Shown here: positions 60,307 to 64,000 of the stretch, piece by piece
Layout of the letters: each line of letters begins with the position of its first letter
How positions within the stretch are numbered: the first letter of the stretch is position 1
Source of the DNA: Verrucomicrobiia bacterium
GTDB lineage: Bacteria; Verrucomicrobiota; Verrucomicrobiia; Limisphaerales; UBA11358
Length of the DNA: 64,000 nucleotides
NCBI GenBank assembly: GCA_025451535.1
Contig: JANWKE010000075.1
Location: 56,627-120,626 of the forward strand
Reading direction: 5' to 3'
Notes under the pieces: model-generated
What the model was told of the DNA's origin: nothing
The model's input: only the letters and a program-made list of their open reading frames with translations
Databases searched by the model: none
Made by a program: the position numbers and the translations under genes

Positions 60307-61377
60307 ATGAAGACGTTAAAGACAAAATTTGTTTGTTCCTTTGTGGCTCTGTCGCTGGCTGTTACCTATTACTATATCGTCAAGCCCTTCGCCATGGGGA
60401 CTCCGGGAAACGGAACGAATTTCTGGGTTTTTTCCGCCATGTCCCAAACCAGCCCCCATTTAAATACCATTTACCCTGTCTGGCGTTCCCGCATTGGAGG
60501 CATGTGGATTTCAGGCAAACTGGTGGATGGTGAGGTAAAAGATGGCCAACTTCGTGTTGAGGATGCACAGGAGGTATTTGGGATTTACCACTCGGCGTGG
60601 CTTTTCCTTTTTTTCTTGATGCTGATTTTTCTTGTGGACGACCCGTTGTTTGCCATTACGGCTTGTTTCGCATGCATGTTGTACATGTTCACACCCAAGG
60701 CGAGTTATTACGCCTATCCGTGGGACATACCAGGGATGACCTTCTTCACTTTAAATTACCTTCTCTGGCGGAAGAAGCATTATAATTCAATGTTATTGGT
60801 GATGTTTGTTGGCTACTTCTTCAAGGAAACCATTGTTTTATCCGGCGTGCTTTTCTTTTTCACCGATCTAACCAAAGGGAACAAGGTTCGATATCTTGCA
60901 GCCACCGCCGCTATTGCTCTCGTCATGAAAGTCGGAATCACCCTGGCGATTGACGGTAAAATTTCACTCGTTACCAACCAGTTCATTTCCGGCACGCAGA
61001 AAAACCTCTTCAGGGATTCCACATTTTTCCTCAACCTTAAAGAATTAACCACCCCAAGTCTGAACCACTTCATTTTCGTTAATGGCGGTACTTTTATCAT
61101 CTCCCTGTTGCTGCCAATGCGAACAAAAATCGAAAAAGGCACCAAGGCGGTGATCGGCATTTTCTCTCTGGCTGCATTGCTGGCAGGGGCTTTGAATGAA
61201 TTTCGTATCATGCTAGATATCCTGCCGATTTCGATTCTAGCCATCCGTGAGCATCTCGTGAATTCAAGTGGAAACATTCTGCCCGCACAAGTATCCGACA
61301 AACGGCCTCCCTCCAAAAATGAGCGGACGGGCAAAGCTGCTAATTCCCAGAAAAATGACGCTGACAACAAAAAATGA
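60307..61377 (+). CDS. Multi-TM membrane protein, possibly a GT-C-like glycosyltransferase
   Basis: Many TM helices and YPWD and FKET motifs, in a glycan locus with an AT-richer composition. Start placed at ATG 60307. Confidence 0.55.
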   Translation: MKTLKTKFVCSFVALSLAVTYYYIVKPFAMGTPGNGTNFWVFSAMSQTSPHLNTIYPVWRSRIGGMWISGKLVDGEVKDGQLRVEDAQEVFGIYHSAWLFLFFLMLIFLVDDPLFAITACFACMLYMFTPKASYYAYPWDIPGMTFFTLNYLLWRKKHYNSMLLVMFVGYFFKETIVLSGVLFFFTDLTKGNKVRYLAATAAIALVMKVGITLAIDGKISLVTNQFISGTQKNLFRDSTFFLNLKELTTPSLNHFIFVNGGTFIISLLLPMRTKIEKGTKAVIGIFSLAALLAGALNEFRIMLDILPISILAIREHLVNSSGNILPAQVSDKRPPSKNERTGKAANSQKNDADNKK

Positions 61378-61402
61378 CCCGTCGGAAAATGGTATTCAAT
61401 TC

Positions 61403-62482
61403 TTAAAAGTCGGCCGAAAGTTCCAGCCAGTTTTCATGCTCCTGGGCATGACGCGCAACTTCGTCAAAGATTTCCGCCAATTTTGTTTGAGGAAGCCACT
61501 TCCAAAAGGCGCCAGCGCGATTGGAGTCCATTACCATCCAGGGAATGTCAAACCGCCGCGGCGCAGGGTCAGCTTCAATCTTATGTTCGCCAAACCGTTC
61601 AACACACCAGCGGCTGAGTTGCAGCAACGAAAACGAATTAGCCGGTCCGCCGCCAAAATTGAAAATCCGTGTTTCCGGCTGGCCATGATAATCAAACTGT
61701 TTGAACAACAACGGCACCAAATCGCGCGGGTGCAGCACATCACGCGTTTGATGGCCGTGACTGCCGAAACCGATGTATTTGAGCGGGCGACGGCGCAAGC
61801 AGGCATTAATCCAAAAACTGACGATGCCTTGATCGGCTCGCCCGAATTGTCCCGCGCCCGCCAGCAGGCCGCAGCGGTTGATCCAAACCGGCAGGCCAAA
61901 TGCCTCACCATATTCGAGCGCGAGAAATTCCGAAGCCAGTTTGCTGGCGCCATAGAGGGAAAGTGGCGGCATGGTGGAAAATTCTTCGGACACGCCCTGT
62001 GCAGAAACTCCCCCGGGCAACGGCTTGTTGAAATCGAGTGTAAATGCTCCGTCTTTCTCCAACATCGGCAGGCCAGCCAGTGCTGGGATGGAGTAAACAC
62101 GGCTCGTACTCAATAAAATGAAACCCGCTTTGTGGCGTTTGCAAAGTTCCAGCACGTTGACGGTGGACAAAAGATTATGGTCAAGCATCTGCCGGGTGCT
62201 GGTCTTGCCATCCACGCCCGCCAGCACGCTCGGATTGGCCGCTGCGTCAATAACCCAGTCGAACGAAGGCAATGCGTCCAAGTCCGGCGCCAGGCGCAAA
62301 TCGCCATGATAAAATTTTATCCCGCGCTGTTTGAGGGTGCGCCGGTTTGTTTCGCTGCCGGCGCGGGAAAAATTGTCCACGCCAAAAATCGTTAATGCTT
62401 CACCGGCACGGCGTTGGTCCTGCAAAGCACAGGCTATGGTTGACCCAGCAAACCCGCAAATTCCGGTAATCAACAGCTTCAT
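61403..62482 (-). CDS. NAD-dependent epimerase, CDP-paratose 2-epimerase (RfbE)-like
   Basis: ITGICGFAG, AANPSV, STSRVY, YGASK, DQG and QTRDVLH. Confidence 0.8.
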   Translation of the reverse strand: MKLLITGICGFAGSTIACALQDQRRAGEALTIFGVDNFSRAGSETNRRTLKQRGIKFYHGDLRLAPDLDALPSFDWVIDAAANPSVLAGVDGKTSTRQMLDHNLLSTVNVLELCKRHKAGFILLSTSRVYSIPALAGLPMLEKDGAFTLDFNKPLPGGVSAQGVSEEFSTMPPLSLYGASKLASEFLALEYGEAFGLPVWINRCGLLAGAGQFGRADQGIVSFWINACLRRRPLKYIGFGSHGHQTRDVLHPRDLVPLLFKQFDYHGQPETRIFNFGGGPANSFSLLQLSRWCVERFGEHKIEADPAPRRFDIPWMVMDSNRAGAFWKWLPQTKLAEIFDEVARHAQEHENWLELSADF

Positions 62483-62616
62483 CTTTGTGGACTTATGTTA
62501 GAGCGGCGGAGGTGGGCAAAGGCAAGATTTAGTTTCGCAAGGTTCACCAGTGCAGCCTTGACACTCGTTTGGAGGAAAACTATGAGTATGCACACGTTTC
62601 GCCAGACAGTGCATCT

Positions 62617-64000
62617 ATGAAACCAGTCAATTCGATTCAAAAACCGAAATCACATGCGTTAGAGGTACTGGCACTGCTGGCCATCATCCTGGGATTGCTC
62701 TTCTGGAAATGTTTTTTGCCGGGTTATGTCCATTTTTCCAACGACGGGCCCCTGGGACAGCAAAATGCCGCATGGCTCAAGCTTCCCGCCGGCTTTACAG
62801 GATGCTGGTATGACTTGAATGACGTTGGCAGTAATGTCGGTACCGTCGTGCCATCTTTGAGCATGATGATTCATTGGGCAATTGGTCCTGTTGGTTATGC
62901 TAAATTCCTCACCCCGATCGCGTTGTTTATTTTGGGGTTCGGCGCCTGGACTTTTTTCAGGCAATTGAAACTCTCATCCTTGGCAGCGACTTTGGGCGCG
63001 TTGGCCGCTGCCCTTACTTCCACGTTCTTTTCGGATGCTTGCTGGGGCACGGCTCCACATCAGGTCGCTTTTGGCATGGATTTCTTTGCGTTGGCCTTGA
63101 TGATTTCAAATTCAACCACGACACCATGGTTCGTTCGTTGGACGCGGCTGGCTTTGGCAGGATTCGCTGTCGGCAACAACGTGGTTGAAGCAGCGGACAT
63201 CGGCGCCATTTTTAGTTTGTTCGTTGCCGCGTTTGCTCTGTTCCAATCGCTCGCGGAAGAGGGCGCCGTGGCAAAAAAAATAGGTCGCGGAATTGGACGC
63301 ACTGCGGTCATTGGGCTATTTGCGGCATTCTTCGCCGCTCAAACCATTCAAGCGCTGGTTGGTACCAACATTCAGGGCATCCTCGGCATGAAACAAAATG
63401 AGGAGACAAAAGCCGAACATTGGGACTGGGCCACCCAATGGAGTCTCCCCAAGATTGAAACGTTCGGAATCATTGTGCCGGGGTTGTTTGGCTATCGGAT
63501 GGACACACCCGATGGCGGCAATTACTGGGGCGCCGTAGGACGTGACCCGTCATGGGATCGTTATTTTGCCAACGGTGAACAGGGTTCACCCAAAGGGTTC
63601 CAACGTTTTTGTGGCACTGGCAATTACGCCGGTATACTGGTCATTCTGGTGGCCTTGTGGGCAATTGCCCAATCGTTGCGAGGGCAAAACTCCGTATTTT
63701 CTGAAAGCCACCGACGATTTCTCTGGTTCTGGACGGGGGTGTTGATTGTTTCACTGCTTTTGGCATTTGGCCGGTTCGCGCCGTTTTACCAGCTGGTCTA
63801 TGCGCTGCCATATTTTTCGACGATTCGCAATCCCATCAAGTTCCTCTTCGTTTTTTCGTGGGCCATCGTCATCCTTTTCGCCTACGGTATTCATGGGTTG
63901 AGCCGGCGCTATATGGAAATTCCGGCCGCGAGCTCCGCTTCGCCCCTGGCCCAGTTCAAAACGTGGTGGGCAAAAGCCCGCGGTTTCGATCGGAACTGGA
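62617..64000 (+). CDS. YfhO-like / GT-C-fold membrane protein (partial, runs off the window)
   Basis: Frame from ATG 62617 is open at the start and end I translated (MKPVNSIQKPKSHALEVLALLAIILGLLFWKCFLPGYVHFSNDGPLG...WATQWSLP..E...PGLFG...YWG...IRNPIKF). Absent from the ORF track because it has no stop in the window. Confidence 0.72.
   Translation, partial: MKPVNSIQKPKSHALEVLALLAIILGLLFWKCFLPGYVHFSNDGPLGQQNAAWLKLPAGFTGCWYDLNDVGSNVGTVVPSLSMMIHWAIGPVGYAKFLTPIALFILGFGAWTFFRQLKLSSLAATLGALAAALTSTFFSDACWGTAPHQVAFGMDFFALALMISNSTTTPWFVRWTRLALAGFAVGNNVVEAADIGAIFSLFVAAFALFQSLAEEGAVAKKIGRGIGRTAVIGLFAAFFAAQTIQALVGTNIQGILGMKQNEETKAEHWDWATQWSLPKIETFGIIVPGLFGYRMDTPDGGNYWGAVGRDPSWDRYFANGEQGSPKGFQRFCGTGNYAGILVILVALWAIAQSLRGQNSVFSESHRRFLWFWTGVLIVSLLLAFGRFAPFYQLVYALPYFSTIRNPIKFLFVFSWAIVILFAYGIHGLSRRYMEIPAASSASPLAQFKTWWAKARGFDRNW

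Noticed and set aside
1-64000. CRISPR array, tRNA/rRNA, integrase, IS or RAYT transposase
   Set aside because: None was recognised. The repeats found are palindromes or heptamers without repeat-spacer periodicity, and any mobilising enzyme must lie elsewhere.

Overview
GC-rich bacterial chromosomal segment. Gene content and repeat style point to Verrucomicrobiota, probably Pedosphaera/Limisphaerales-like (inference). In order: the tail of a GldG-like gene, DUF4340 and AsmA-like envelope genes, a minus-strand gspE-gspL-gspM-gspD secretion operon, purU, small accessory genes (CBM48 protein, Slp lipoprotein, PPK2, anion permease, arylsulfotransferase, TPR protein), hisI and trpE, an ArsR-controlled RND efflux cluster, nfeD-slipin, a second PilB/GspE ATPase, a fused glycogen debranching enzyme, a GntP permease, and a glycan locus of about 24 kb running off the end in a YfhO/GT-C-like gene. 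I found no rRNA, tRNA, CRISPR array or transposase. Three observations stand out. (1) Thr-Asn dipeptides are strongly enriched in several exported proteins but not in the cytoplasmic ones I scanned, a possible unrecognised modification or glycosylation sequon. (2) A nine-gene operon has a family composition matching the lincosamide GDP-octose pathway but sits in a surface-glycan locus. (3) Several different GTAG...CTAC palindromic REP doublets are inserted in frame inside genes: three in one RND permease and one in trpE. All counts were made by hand from the supplied translations, and all family calls come from recognised motifs, not database searches.
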